Shown piece by piece: positions 26,797 to 35,020 of a stretch of DNA of 64,000 bases (positions are counted from its first letter, which is position 1; the number at the start of each line of letters is the position of its first letter). This DNA comes from Candidatus Omnitrophota bacterium (GTDB taxonomy: Bacteria > Omnitrophota > Gorgyraeia > Duberdicusellales > 4484-171), in NCBI GenBank assembly GCA_021735655.1, contig JAIPGM010000002.1:1-64000 (forward strand), given 5' to 3'. The position numbers and the translations under genes were made by a program. Below the pieces are notes generated by a model. That model did no database searches and had not been told where the DNA came from. It was given only the letters and a program-made list of their open reading frames with translations.

Positions 26797-28194
26797 ATGC
26801 AGTTAGCACGCAAAATTCTTTTTTATTTTTTTGTTTTGGCCTATTTAGTCCTCTGTCCTTTGCTTATTTTCTATTCTTTAGGCTATATTTATCAACCAAA
26901 AAAGAAAGATATTTCGCAAACCGGCCTGATCCACCTTGTCAGTATTCCGGCCGGAGCCCAGGTTTATCTGGATGGCCGGCGTTTCAAAGATAAAACTCCG
27001 GCTACGATCAGCGAACTTAATCCGGGAAGCTATCGGGTAAAGTTAAGGCTAAAGAACCGCCGGCCTTGGGTTCATGAGGTAACGGTTAAAGCGGGAAAAT
27101 CAGCGGCTTTTAAAAATATTCTCCTTTTGCCGCACAGTTTCGATAAAACAACTATCGGCCCCAAACGGGTTTATACCAATTTATATTCGCTAAAAAATTC
27201 CGACTATCTGATTGTTCAGCAAGGCCCCCGGCTTAAGGAATTTTATGTTTATGACTTAGCCGAAAAAAGTCTCAAAACCATTATTGATAAGGATTCTCAA
27301 TATGCCGAATTAGCGGTGGAGCGTTTATTCAGCGCTGCCGGCAGCACTTATCTGATTATCTACGGCGGTTCTTTATGGGACCGGCAGTATTTGCTTATTG
27401 ATTTTAAGGAAAAAAAGCCCGGTTTAAAAGAAATAAGCCGGCTTTTTTCTCGGCATCCCGATTGGCTGGTTTGGTCGGAAGATTTACCTGAGGATATTTT
27501 TTCTATTTATGGCGTCGGCCTCGACCGCTTGGACATTAAAAATTTATCGCTCTATCCGCAGTATTTTGAGAACATTAAGGGCTTTGGCTTGATGGATAAA
27601 CAGTTTTATGTCCTGGGCAAGGATAACTTGATCAGAAAATTAAGCCTGGATAAGCAGGAGGAGGCTATTCTATTTGAGGATGAACATTTGGGCCGGGAGT
27701 TGTTCGCCAAATCAGGGTTTTATCGCATAGAGCCGCTTAATAAGGATAAGCTTATTTTTTGGGGCCGGCGCGGTGACCTGGTGATGACTGTGCCGCCTTA
27801 TGCCATTTTTGATCAGGGGGTTTTGGGCATGGAATATGAGCGGTTTAACAGCCGGCTTCTGTTCTGGACCAAGCATGATATCTGGCTGGCCGAGTTTAAC
27901 GGCCAGGCCCAAGACGATGTTTTATTCAGGCAGCGCCTGCGCCTTAATAAGATATATGAAGGGGGCTTTAATTTAAGCCAATGCTTTTGGGTTTATAGCG
28001 CAAGCAATTTGCTGCTTAAAGACAAAACCGAGATTTATCTTTTGGGCTTAACTCCGGACGGCCGGCACCATAGAGAACATATTGTCAGCGCTAAACAAAA
28101 TACTGAAGTATTTTACTATGAGCCTGAAGGTTGTTTGTACTATTTAGATAAAAAGGGGGCCTTGGTGAAGCTTAAGCTTTTAGCGGCTGATTAG
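26797..28194 (+). CDS. PEGA-domain membrane-anchored protein
   Basis: N-terminal TM helix then a PEGA-like beta domain (SIPAGAQVYLDGRRFKDKTPATISELNPGSYRVKLRL). Confidence 0.5.
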   Translation: MQLARKILFYFFVLAYLVLCPLLIFYSLGYIYQPKKKDISQTGLIHLVSIPAGAQVYLDGRRFKDKTPATISELNPGSYRVKLRLKNRRPWVHEVTVKAGKSAAFKNILLLPHSFDKTTIGPKRVYTNLYSLKNSDYLIVQQGPRLKEFYVYDLAEKSLKTIIDKDSQYAELAVERLFSAAGSTYLIIYGGSLWDRQYLLIDFKEKKPGLKEISRLFSRHPDWLVWSEDLPEDIFSIYGVGLDRLDIKNLSLYPQYFENIKGFGLMDKQFYVLGKDNLIRKLSLDKQEEAILFEDEHLGRELFAKSGFYRIEPLNKDKLIFWGRRGDLVMTVPPYAIFDQGVLGMEYERFNSRLLFWTKHDIWLAEFNGQAQDDVLFRQRLRLNKIYEGGFNLSQCFWVYSASNLLLKDKTEIYLLGLTPDGRHHREHIVSAKQNTEVFYYEPEGCLYYLDKKGALVKLKLLAAD

Positions 28195-28207
28195 TAATAG
28201 AGATATT

Positions 28208-29854
28208 ATGGATTTTCAATATTCACGCCAGGGGGTTAAAGGTAGAGAAAAGAGTTGGCAGCGGTTTCTGGAGGTTCTGCCCGGGTTCCTGAGCTGGACA
28301 GTGATTATCGGAATAGTGGTGCTATCGGTGTTACAGCCTTTAACGGCGGCGGTGGTCATGATCGCTTTTCTGCTTTATTGGCTGCTGCGGCTTATCTACA
28401 TGAACATTTTTCTTTTGCTTTCGTATACCCGTCTGGAGATCGAAAAAACTACTGATTGGCAGGAGTGTATTGCCTCTGTGGACCGCTTGAAAGTCCAGAC
28501 GCCGGTTTTCTGCGGCCCGGCTAAACAGCGCAGCCTAAAAGAAACAATTGCCGCCCGTATCCATTACCGGCAATTGAGGAAGCTTAAAACAAGCAAGAAC
28601 CTGCCGCCTTCCTCGGAAAATATTTACCACTTGCTTATTTTGCCGGTTATCCGCGAAGCCCGGCAAGTGGTTGAGCCGGCTATTGAAGCGGTTAAGCAGG
28701 GGAGTTTTCCGGCCGAAAGATTTCTGGTAATCATTGCTCTTGAGGATTCAGCTTCCCAGAAAGTCAAGCAGCAGACGGATGAACTGCGGGAAAAATATAA
28801 AAACGTTTTTTTAGATTTTTTAGTCATTTTACATCCGGAAAACCAACCCGGGGAAGCTAAAGTTAAGGGGGCCAATGTAAGCTTTGCCGCCCGCCGGGCT
28901 CAAAGTTTTTTCAGCGCCAAAGGCATTAAGCCGGAAAATATCCTGGTATCCTGTTTTGACGCCGATACAGTGGCCAATCCCGATTATTTCAGCTGTCTTA
29001 CTTATCATTATCTGATAAATCCTCTTCGCCTGCAGTCAAGCTATCAGCCGATCCCGGTTTATCACAATAACATTTGGGAGGTTGCCGGTTTTGCCAGGAT
29101 CCTTGATATCGGCACTTCTTTCTTCCAGCTGATCGAAGCAACTAATCCCGGTAAATTGGTTACTTTTTCCAGCCATAGTATGAGTTTTAAGGCCTTGCAG
29201 GATGTCGGCTACTGGCCGGTGGATATGATTTCTGATGACTCGGCTATTTTCTGGAAGGCATTTATCCATTATCAGGGCAATTATCGGGTTAGGCCCATTT
29301 ATACAACAGTTTCTATGGATATTGCTGCCGGGCCAGGCCTAAAGGAGACTTTTACCGCAATTTATAAACAGAAGCGGCGCTGGGCCTGGGGAATAGAAAA
29401 TTTTCCGATTGTGGTAAGAGGATTTTTTCAGGTAAAAAAAATCAGTTTCAGCCGCAAGCTAAGTTACGGTTATAAATTGCTGGATGGTTTTGTCTCCTGG
29501 GCTACCTGGTCGTTTTTGTTATTACTCGGCAGCTGGCTACCGGCATTTTTTGCTTCTCGGGAATTTTCTTCCAGCACGGCCTATTACCTTGCCCCGCGCA
29601 TCCGCGGGATTATGTTTAGCCTGGCTTCAATCGGAATTATTATTTGTACGGTAATAAGTTTATTACTGCTTCCCCGAAGAGAAGGTAAACACGGAATCCT
29701 AATCGGGGTCAAACATATACTTGAATGGTTGTTTATCCCGGTGGCGCTTTTATTCTTGAGTGCCATACCGGCGCTTGATGCCCAAACCCGCCTTATGTTC
29801 GGAAAATATATGGAGTTCTCGGTAACCGGAAAATACCGTAAATCAAAATCCTAA
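28208..29854 (+). CDS. Processive family-2 glycosyltransferase (polysaccharide synthase, cellulose/chitin-synthase-like)
   Basis: N- and C-terminal TM helices flank a GT-A domain with motifs ALED, KVKGANVS, FDADTV (DxD), ISDDSA and Q-K-R-R-W (QxxRW). Confidence 0.7.
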   Translation: MDFQYSRQGVKGREKSWQRFLEVLPGFLSWTVIIGIVVLSVLQPLTAAVVMIAFLLYWLLRLIYMNIFLLLSYTRLEIEKTTDWQECIASVDRLKVQTPVFCGPAKQRSLKETIAARIHYRQLRKLKTSKNLPPSSENIYHLLILPVIREARQVVEPAIEAVKQGSFPAERFLVIIALEDSASQKVKQQTDELREKYKNVFLDFLVILHPENQPGEAKVKGANVSFAARRAQSFFSAKGIKPENILVSCFDADTVANPDYFSCLTYHYLINPLRLQSSYQPIPVYHNNIWEVAGFARILDIGTSFFQLIEATNPGKLVTFSSHSMSFKALQDVGYWPVDMISDDSAIFWKAFIHYQGNYRVRPIYTTVSMDIAAGPGLKETFTAIYKQKRRWAWGIENFPIVVRGFFQVKKISFSRKLSYGYKLLDGFVSWATWSFLLLLGSWLPAFFASREFSSSTAYYLAPRIRGIMFSLASIGIIICTVISLLLLPRREGKHGILIGVKHILEWLFIPVALLFLSAIPALDAQTRLMFGKYMEFSVTGKYRKSKS

Positions 29855-29856
29855 AC

Positions 29857-30900
29857 GTGAAAAGAGCTGTCAAATTTGCTTTATTTATTTTTCTCTTGAT
29901 AATCCCGCAAAAGACTTACGCTGAAGAAGTAAAGGTGGGGGTTACTTTCAGCCAGGTGCAGTGTGAGTATTTAGATTTGAATTGGCGAAAGATTTATAAA
30001 AAAACCATGGCTTTGGATTTAGATGTCATCCGTTTAGGGGCTTATTGGAGCCGGATTGAGAAAAGCCGCGATAAATTTGATTTTAGCGAACTTGATTGGC
30101 AGATTCAGCAGGCAAAAGAAAATAATATCCCGGTATTGCTTACTGTGGGAATGAAAGCGCCGCGCTGGCCGGAATATTTTATCCCGGCCTGGCTGATGAA
30201 GGATTTATCTTTTCGTTTTGGCTCAGCAGTTTCCGATCGAAAAATTATTAAGGAGCGTAGTCTGCTCTTTATCCGGCGGGTAGTTGAGCGCTACAAAAAG
30301 GAAGCTATCATTGTTGCCTGGCAGGTAGAAAATGAACCATTGAACAGAGCCGGCCCCAAGGATTGGCGGATACGGAACGATTTTTTGCAAGAAGAGATTG
30401 ATCTGGTAGAGAAACTGGATACGAGAAGCCGTCCTATCGTTATAAATGCGATGACTTATCTTAACCGAATATTAAGATTTTTTAACCGGCTTATTTACAC
30501 CAAGAATCCGGTCTATCAGATAATCGATATTGCTGATATTCCTGCTTTTAATATTTACTCGACTATCGGCCATAAACTCATTGGCCAGAAAATCTGTTTT
30601 TTGACTGTTCCTCAAAAACGTTTAAAATACCTTAAACGCTTTGTTGATTATGCGAAAGCTCAGGATAAAACGGTCTGGGTTACTGAGCTTCAGGCCGAAC
30701 CCTGGGAGCCAGGGGAATTGGTGCATATCCGTAAGGAAGCAGCGATTACCTGCAGAGCCGAAGATTTCCCGGTTAGTTTTGGGGAGCTGGAGTATTTAGG
30801 GGTGGATACGGTTTTTTTCTGGGGAGTTGAATACTGGTTTTACCGGATGCAGTATTATAAAGATAAAAGCTGGCTGGATGCTTTTGAGCAGATACCTTAA
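29857..30900 (+). CDS. Secreted glycoside hydrolase, clan GH-A (GH5-like TIM barrel)
   Basis: Signal peptide. Acid/base NEP motif (VAWQVENEPLN) and a later nucleophile Glu region (VWVTELQAEPWE). Confidence 0.55.
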   Translation: MKRAVKFALFIFLLIIPQKTYAEEVKVGVTFSQVQCEYLDLNWRKIYKKTMALDLDVIRLGAYWSRIEKSRDKFDFSELDWQIQQAKENNIPVLLTVGMKAPRWPEYFIPAWLMKDLSFRFGSAVSDRKIIKERSLLFIRRVVERYKKEAIIVAWQVENEPLNRAGPKDWRIRNDFLQEEIDLVEKLDTRSRPIVINAMTYLNRILRFFNRLIYTKNPVYQIIDIADIPAFNIYSTIGHKLIGQKICFLTVPQKRLKYLKRFVDYAKAQDKTVWVTELQAEPWEPGELVHIRKEAAITCRAEDFPVSFGELEYLGVDTVFFWGVEYWFYRMQYYKDKSWLDAFEQIP

Positions 30901-30908
30901 TCTAATTT

Positions 30909-30964
30909 TTGAAACTTTTCTTATTTTTTAGCATCTAAATTAAGATAAGGGGGTGAGGGTTATG
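30909..30964 (+). promoter_or_regulatory. Copy 2 of the ECF promoter/leader element (GAAACTT-N16-TCTAAAT ... GGGGGTGAGGGTTATG)
   Basis: ttgaaacttttcttattttttagcatctaaattaagataagggggtgagggttatg. About 90% identical to 24107-24162, including the start codon context. Confidence 0.6.
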
Positions 30965-31330
30965 CTAAAAGAAATAAGCCGGGAAGAATTAAGCGATTTG
31001 ATCGAATCAGGAGAAGATTTTAAATTAGTGGATGTTTTGAGCCGGGAAAGCTTTGCTAAAGGGCACATTAAAGGGGCGGTTTCAATTCCCTTAGCAGAAA
31101 TCGGCCGCAAATCCGCTAAGTTACTTAAAAAGAGGGATAAAATTGTAACTTATTGTGCTAGTTTTGAGTGTTCAGCCAGCACTACGGCTGCCAGGAAATT
31201 GATAGCTTTAGGTTATAAAAATGTTTTTGACTACAAAGGCGGGCTAAAGGATTACCAAGAAGGCGGCTTAAGCCTTGAAACCGGTGCAGGCCAGGCAGAC
31301 AAAAAATGCACTGTTTGTGGAGGAGCTTAA
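30962..31330 (+). CDS. Single-domain rhodanese (sulfurtransferase)
   Basis: Catalytic-loop Cys in IVTYCASFECSAS. ATG at 30962 preferred. Confidence 0.75.
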   Translation: MLKEISREELSDLIESGEDFKLVDVLSRESFAKGHIKGAVSIPLAEIGRKSAKLLKKRDKIVTYCASFECSASTTAARKLIALGYKNVFDYKGGLKDYQEGGLSLETGAGQADKKCTVCGGA

Positions 31331-31346
31331 GGAAAGGAGGCTTATC

Positions 31347-31655
31347 ATGAAACAAGAAAAAATGAAATTCCGCGTCTGTCCGTCGGTGAGTATGAACTAC
31401 AGCGATGATGGTAACAGCATTACCACTGAAATAGACTTGGCTGGAGTTAAGAAAAAAGATATCTCTTTAGAGAGTGGTAAAGCTGGTTTTTGCTTGAAGG
31501 CCGGCAAGGAAGACCTGATTTTTGACTCTTGTTATCGGTTTTGCGAAGAGGTAGATGCCGAAAAAATTAATGCTGAATTTCGCAATGGCATGTTGAGGAT
31601 AACTGCACCGGTAGAAAAGAGCTTTTTACATGCCAGAAAGATTTCGGTTCACTAA
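31347..31655 (+). CDS. Hsp20/alpha-crystallin family small heat-shock protein
   Basis: ITTEIDLAGVKKKDISLE ... FRNGMLRITAPV (IxI-like end). GGAGG RBS before the ATG at 31347. The track start at 31275 is an over-extension into the rhodanese gene. Confidence 0.75.
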   Translation: MKQEKMKFRVCPSVSMNYSDDGNSITTEIDLAGVKKKDISLESGKAGFCLKAGKEDLIFDSCYRFCEEVDAEKINAEFRNGMLRITAPVEKSFLHARKISVH

Positions 31656-31665
31656 GAAAAAAAAG

Positions 31666-31697
31666 GGGGGTAAAAATTTTTAAGCCCCCTTTTTTTA
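31666..31697 (+). terminator. Rho-independent terminator (GGGGGG ... GCCCCC + T7), symmetric with an A-run upstream
   Basis: aaaaaaaaggggggtaaaaatttttaagccccctttttttac read directly. Confidence 0.6.
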
Positions 31698-31887
31698 CTG
31701 TCCTCAAGCTAGCTATATCCTGTTATAATAGTTGCCTATGAGAATCTACATTCGTATAGCCGATGGCCGATTTATGGTAAGTCGATGATGCCGCTCGTCA
31801 CGGCGTTGGTGGAGTAGACAACACGCACCGTCATCCTGAGGAGGAGTGAAGCGACGACGAAGGATCTCAACAAAATTGGAGGGTAAA

Positions 31888-32214
31888 ATGAATGTTTTAG
31901 AAAATATCCCGTATAATGACGATAAAATGGGGAATCGCAAACTGGTCGATGAAAAGCACCTGCTTGTTATGCAAATAGCGTTAAAGCCGGGGCAAAGTGT
32001 GCCTCAGCATAACGCTAATTCAAACGTTCATCTTCTGGTTGTAAGGGGCAATGATTTAACGGTCAATCTTGACGGTGCTGATAATCAGGTTAAGAAAGGC
32101 GATCTATTGCCGGTCGCCTTTCAAGCGCCGATGATCATTAAAAACACCGGCAGTATTGACGCCACATTTTTAGTGTTTAAAACGCCCAATCCGTCAGAAA
32201 TGGGGACGGTATAG
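31888..32214 (+). CDS. Cupin-domain protein
   Basis: Small beta-barrel with a conserved His (PQHNANSNVHLLVVRG ... KKGDLL). RBS GGAGGG before the ATG at 31888. Confidence 0.55.
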   Translation: MNVLENIPYNDDKMGNRKLVDEKHLLVMQIALKPGQSVPQHNANSNVHLLVVRGNDLTVNLDGADNQVKKGDLLPVAFQAPMIIKNTGSIDATFLVFKTPNPSEMGTV

Positions 32215-32215
32215 C

Positions 32216-32584
32216 GTGAAAATCAGGGATAGTGGAATGCCGGATAAGGGGATGTGGAAAGGTTTCTTTTTCCCTGCTCAAACGTTAGAAACGCTCGAAT
32301 TCAATAGCGGTGTTCGCGATGCTGTGGAATTTGGGTGTGGCTATGGCACATTTACGATTCCGGCCGCTAGGATCATTAAAGGTGTGGAGTATCAAAGCAT
32401 AAGCACCGATAAATTCAATACTATTGAGCAGGCAGAGAAGTTTATGCAAGATGGTGGCAAAATACTTGCCTGCGGAACTTGTATTAAATCTCGCAATCAA
32501 GAAGGCACCGAAATGTGCCCGATCAACACGATGAAGGACATGTACGATATCGTTAAAGAATCTGATAAGGTAGTAACCTTTTAA
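32216..32584 (+). CDS. Hypothetical protein with a DsrE/DsrF-like C-terminal region
   Basis: GCGYG glycine-rich motif, then ILACGTCIKSR and a DVVKESDKVVTF end resembling the DsrE/TusD family. Start codon uncertain (GTG 32216 or ATG 32234). Confidence 0.35.
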   Translation: MKIRDSGMPDKGMWKGFFFPAQTLETLEFNSGVRDAVEFGCGYGTFTIPAARIIKGVEYQSISTDKFNTIEQAEKFMQDGGKILACGTCIKSRNQEGTEMCPINTMKDMYDIVKESDKVVTF

Positions 32585-32598
32585 AGGGCGGTGAACAT

Positions 32599-32958
32599 AT
32601 GATAAATATTTTACTTTATATTTTAATCGGCCTATTCGCGGGCGCGATAAGCGGTTTAATTGGAATAGGAGGGGGAATCATCATTGTTCCCGCCCTTATT
32701 TATCTCTTTAAGTTTTCTCAGCATGCAGCTCAAGGGACAACTTTGGCGATGTTAATACCGCCTATTGGCATACTGGCGGCTTTAGCGTATTATAAGCAGG
32801 GACACGTTAATTTTCCGGTGGCAGGATTTATATGTTTGGGATTTGTTATCGGCGGATTCTTAGGCGCGAAATTCGCGGTAGGATTTCCGGAAGTTGTGTT
32901 AAGAAAAATATTCGGAGCGTGTCTTTTGGGTATAGCGAGTTATATGATTATTAAATAA
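32599..32958 (+). CDS. TauE/SafE (TSUP) family 4-TM half-size membrane protein
   Basis: GAISGLIGIGGGIIIVPALIY motif typical of DUF81/TSUP. Confidence 0.65.
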   Translation: MINILLYILIGLFAGAISGLIGIGGGIIIVPALIYLFKFSQHAAQGTTLAMLIPPIGILAALAYYKQGHVNFPVAGFICLGFVIGGFLGAKFAVGFPEVVLRKIFGACLLGIASYMIIK

Positions 32959-33012
32959 TCGATAGGCGATGGGGTTCGCCGTTAACCGCCTCAACAGGCT
33001 GATAACTCCTAC
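32958..33012 (+). promoter_or_regulatory. Fluoride riboswitch (crcB RNA motif)
   Basis: ataGGCGATGGggTTCGCCgttAACCGCCtcaacaggCTGATAACTCCTAC matches the crcB-motif consensus, directly upstream of the crcB RBS. Confidence 0.85.
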
Positions 33013-33036
33013 TTAAATGAAAGGAGGGATTTGTCT

Positions 33037-33423
33037 ATGTTGAGGCTTTTTTATATTGCTTTTGGTGGCGCCGCTGGCGCTTTATTGCGCTATTGGGCTT
33101 CAGGGCTGGCACATAGAATCGGAGGCAGTAGTTTCCCGTGGGGGACATTGAGCGTTAATCTCATAGGATCTTTTCTTATAGGTTTTTTATGGGGAATGTT
33201 TGAATCCGTTATCGTTTCCCAGAATACGCGAATTCTGATTTTTATTGGATTGCTTGGTTCTTTTACGACATTCTCCACGTTTTCGCTGGAGAGCTTTCAC
33301 CTGATCCGGGACGGTGAATACGGTCTTTTCATAGCAAATATATTATCGAGTTTTGCATTAGGTATATTACTAGTTTTTGCCGGATATTTTTTAAGCCGTT
33401 TTTTATTTAACATAGCGCGCTAA
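33037..33423 (+). CDS. crcB: Fluoride ion channel CrcB/Fluc
   Basis: FGGAAGALLRY ... TLSVNLIGSFLIGF ... LGSFTTFSTFSLE. Confidence 0.85.
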   Translation: MLRLFYIAFGGAAGALLRYWASGLAHRIGGSSFPWGTLSVNLIGSFLIGFLWGMFESVIVSQNTRILIFIGLLGSFTTFSTFSLESFHLIRDGEYGLFIANILSSFALGILLVFAGYFLSRFLFNIAR

Positions 33424-33437
33424 AGGAGGGACTAATC

Positions 33438-33770
33438 ATGAAACTGCCTGAAGAAGGAACATTGTTAAGGATATTCATAGGGGAATCCGACAAGTATAAG
33501 GGCAAGCCGTTATATGAGCAGATCGTTCTTAAAGCCAGAGAACTAAACTTGGCAGGAGCCACAGTTTTACGGGGGCTTATGGGTTTTGGGGCGGACAGCC
33601 ACATGCATTCGGCTAAAATCTTGAGGCTTTCCGAGGATTTGCCGGTGATTATTGAGCTTGTGGATACTGAAGAGAATTTAAACAAGCTCCTGCCTTTTTT
33701 AGATGAAACCGTGCAAGAAGGGCTGATTACGCTTGAAAAGGTTAGAGTCATAAAATACCGTCATAAGTAG
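33438..33770 (+). CDS. DUF190 protein (PII-like, crcB-associated)
   Basis: LLRIFIGESDKYKGKPLYEQIV ... ATVLRGLMGFG. Classic member of the fluoride-riboswitch regulon. Confidence 0.75.
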   Translation: MKLPEEGTLLRIFIGESDKYKGKPLYEQIVLKARELNLAGATVLRGLMGFGADSHMHSAKILRLSEDLPVIIELVDTEENLNKLLPFLDETVQEGLITLEKVRVIKYRHK

Positions 33771-33786
33771 GGAGATAAATTTTAAA

Positions 33787-34269
33787 ATGAAAAAATCTAT
33801 TACAATTAAACCCATAGGCATCATAAATACGCCGTATAAAGAATCCAAGGGTATGCCTATTCAGGGTAAGTTTAAAAGGGGAGTTTTTGGCACTGCCAAA
33901 ATATTTCCTGAATATAAAGCGGGCCTAAAGGATATCAAAGGTTTTTCGCATGTTATCTTGATCTATCATTTTAACCGCTCGAAAGAGGAACGTCTAACAG
34001 GCAAACCGTTTCTAGAAGATACCGAACATGGAATATTTGCAATACGCAGCCCGCACCGGCCAAATCATATAGGTTTCTCGATCGTGAAATTAAAGAGCGT
34101 AAAAGGGAATACCATTACTTTTATGGAAGTCGATATTTTAGACGACACCCCGCTTCTGGACATCAAGCCTTACGTCAAACATTTCGACAGCCGGGATAAA
34201 GTCAAGAACGGTTGGATCGATAAACACTTCAAAACCGGCAAAATCCCAAAGCGCACAAGACTGGAATAA
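33787..34269 (+). CDS. trmO: tRNA m6t6A37 methyltransferase TrmO (TsaA/YaeB family)
   Basis: IKPIGIINTPYKESKGMPIQG ... FSHVILIYHF ... RSPHRPNHIGFSIVKL. Confidence 0.75.
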   Translation: MKKSITIKPIGIINTPYKESKGMPIQGKFKRGVFGTAKIFPEYKAGLKDIKGFSHVILIYHFNRSKEERLTGKPFLEDTEHGIFAIRSPHRPNHIGFSIVKLKSVKGNTITFMEVDILDDTPLLDIKPYVKHFDSRDKVKNGWIDKHFKTGKIPKRTRLE

Positions 34270-34282
34270 TGTTCACTTTTTC

Positions 34283-34310
34283 CTAATGTTCACTAATTAG
34301 TGAACATTAG
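34283..34310 (+). promoter_or_regulatory. Perfect palindrome CTAATGTTCACTAAT|TAGTGAACATTAG, with an extra direct half-site AATGTTCACT at 34268
   Basis: Read directly. Lies between trmO and abiEi. A loop-less palindrome, so more like a protein-binding site than a terminator. Confidence 0.4.
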
Positions 34311-34357
34311 ATAGTTGGTTTTTGGCTTTATAAAATTAAATAACTCGAAGAAATAGC

Positions 34358-34396
34358 TTGACATCCTGTCACAAATAATATATACTTTTTGTGACA
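34358..34396 (+). promoter_or_regulatory. sigma70 promoter (TTGACA-17-TATACT) embedded in the inverted repeat TGTCACAAA-N12-TTTGTGACA. Candidate AbiEi autoregulatory operator.
   Basis: ttgacatcctgtcacaaataatatatactttttgtgaca about 20 nt upstream of the abiEi ATG. Confidence 0.5.
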
Positions 34397-34413
34397 AAAG
34401 CGAGGTATATAAA

Positions 34414-35013
34414 ATGTCGCAAAGCATTGAGAATAAAGTAGTTAGCAGGATTTATGGTAAGAATAGGGGTTGGGTATTCACTCCAAATCACTTTCTTGAC
34501 CTTGGAAGCCGTACAGCCGTGGCTCAAGCCTTGGGGCGGTTGGCAAAAGCCGGTACTATTCGCCGATTGGCACATGGACTATATGATTATCCTGAGAAAC
34601 ACCCTACGCTGGGCGATCTTCCGCCTAACTATGAGCGGATAGCCCAAGCTTTGGCAGGAAGGGATAGTTTAAAAATTCAGCCATCGGGGGCGTATGCCGC
34701 CAATCTGCTCGGGCTTACTGAGCAGGTTCCTGCAAAGATTGTTTTTCTGACTGACGGCCCTAATCGCAAAGTACAAATAAACAAACAGCAGGTTGTCTTA
34801 AAAAGGACAACTCCTAAAAATATGGCCACTGCCATGCGGGTGAGCGGTCTGGTTATCCAGGCTCTGCGTCATTTAGGCCAAGATCATGTGGATGATAAAA
34901 TAATCGGGATGCTTAAGAAAAGATTATCCAGCGATGACAAGCGTCAGCTTATAAACGACCTTCGTTACGCTCCTGTATGGATAGGAAATATATTTCGGCA
35001 ATTACAAGGATAA
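34414..35013 (+). CDS. abiEi: AbiEi-family antitoxin/transcriptional regulator (type IV TA / abortive infection)
   Basis: N-terminal winged-helix AbiEi_4-like region (VFTPNHFLDLGSRTAVAQALGRLAKAGTIRRLAHGLYDY). Confidence 0.7.
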   Translation: MSQSIENKVVSRIYGKNRGWVFTPNHFLDLGSRTAVAQALGRLAKAGTIRRLAHGLYDYPEKHPTLGDLPPNYERIAQALAGRDSLKIQPSGAYAANLLGLTEQVPAKIVFLTDGPNRKVQINKQQVVLKRTTPKNMATAMRVSGLVIQALRHLGQDHVDDKIIGMLKKRLSSDDKRQLINDLRYAPVWIGNIFRQLQG

Positions 35014-35020
35014 GAAGCCT

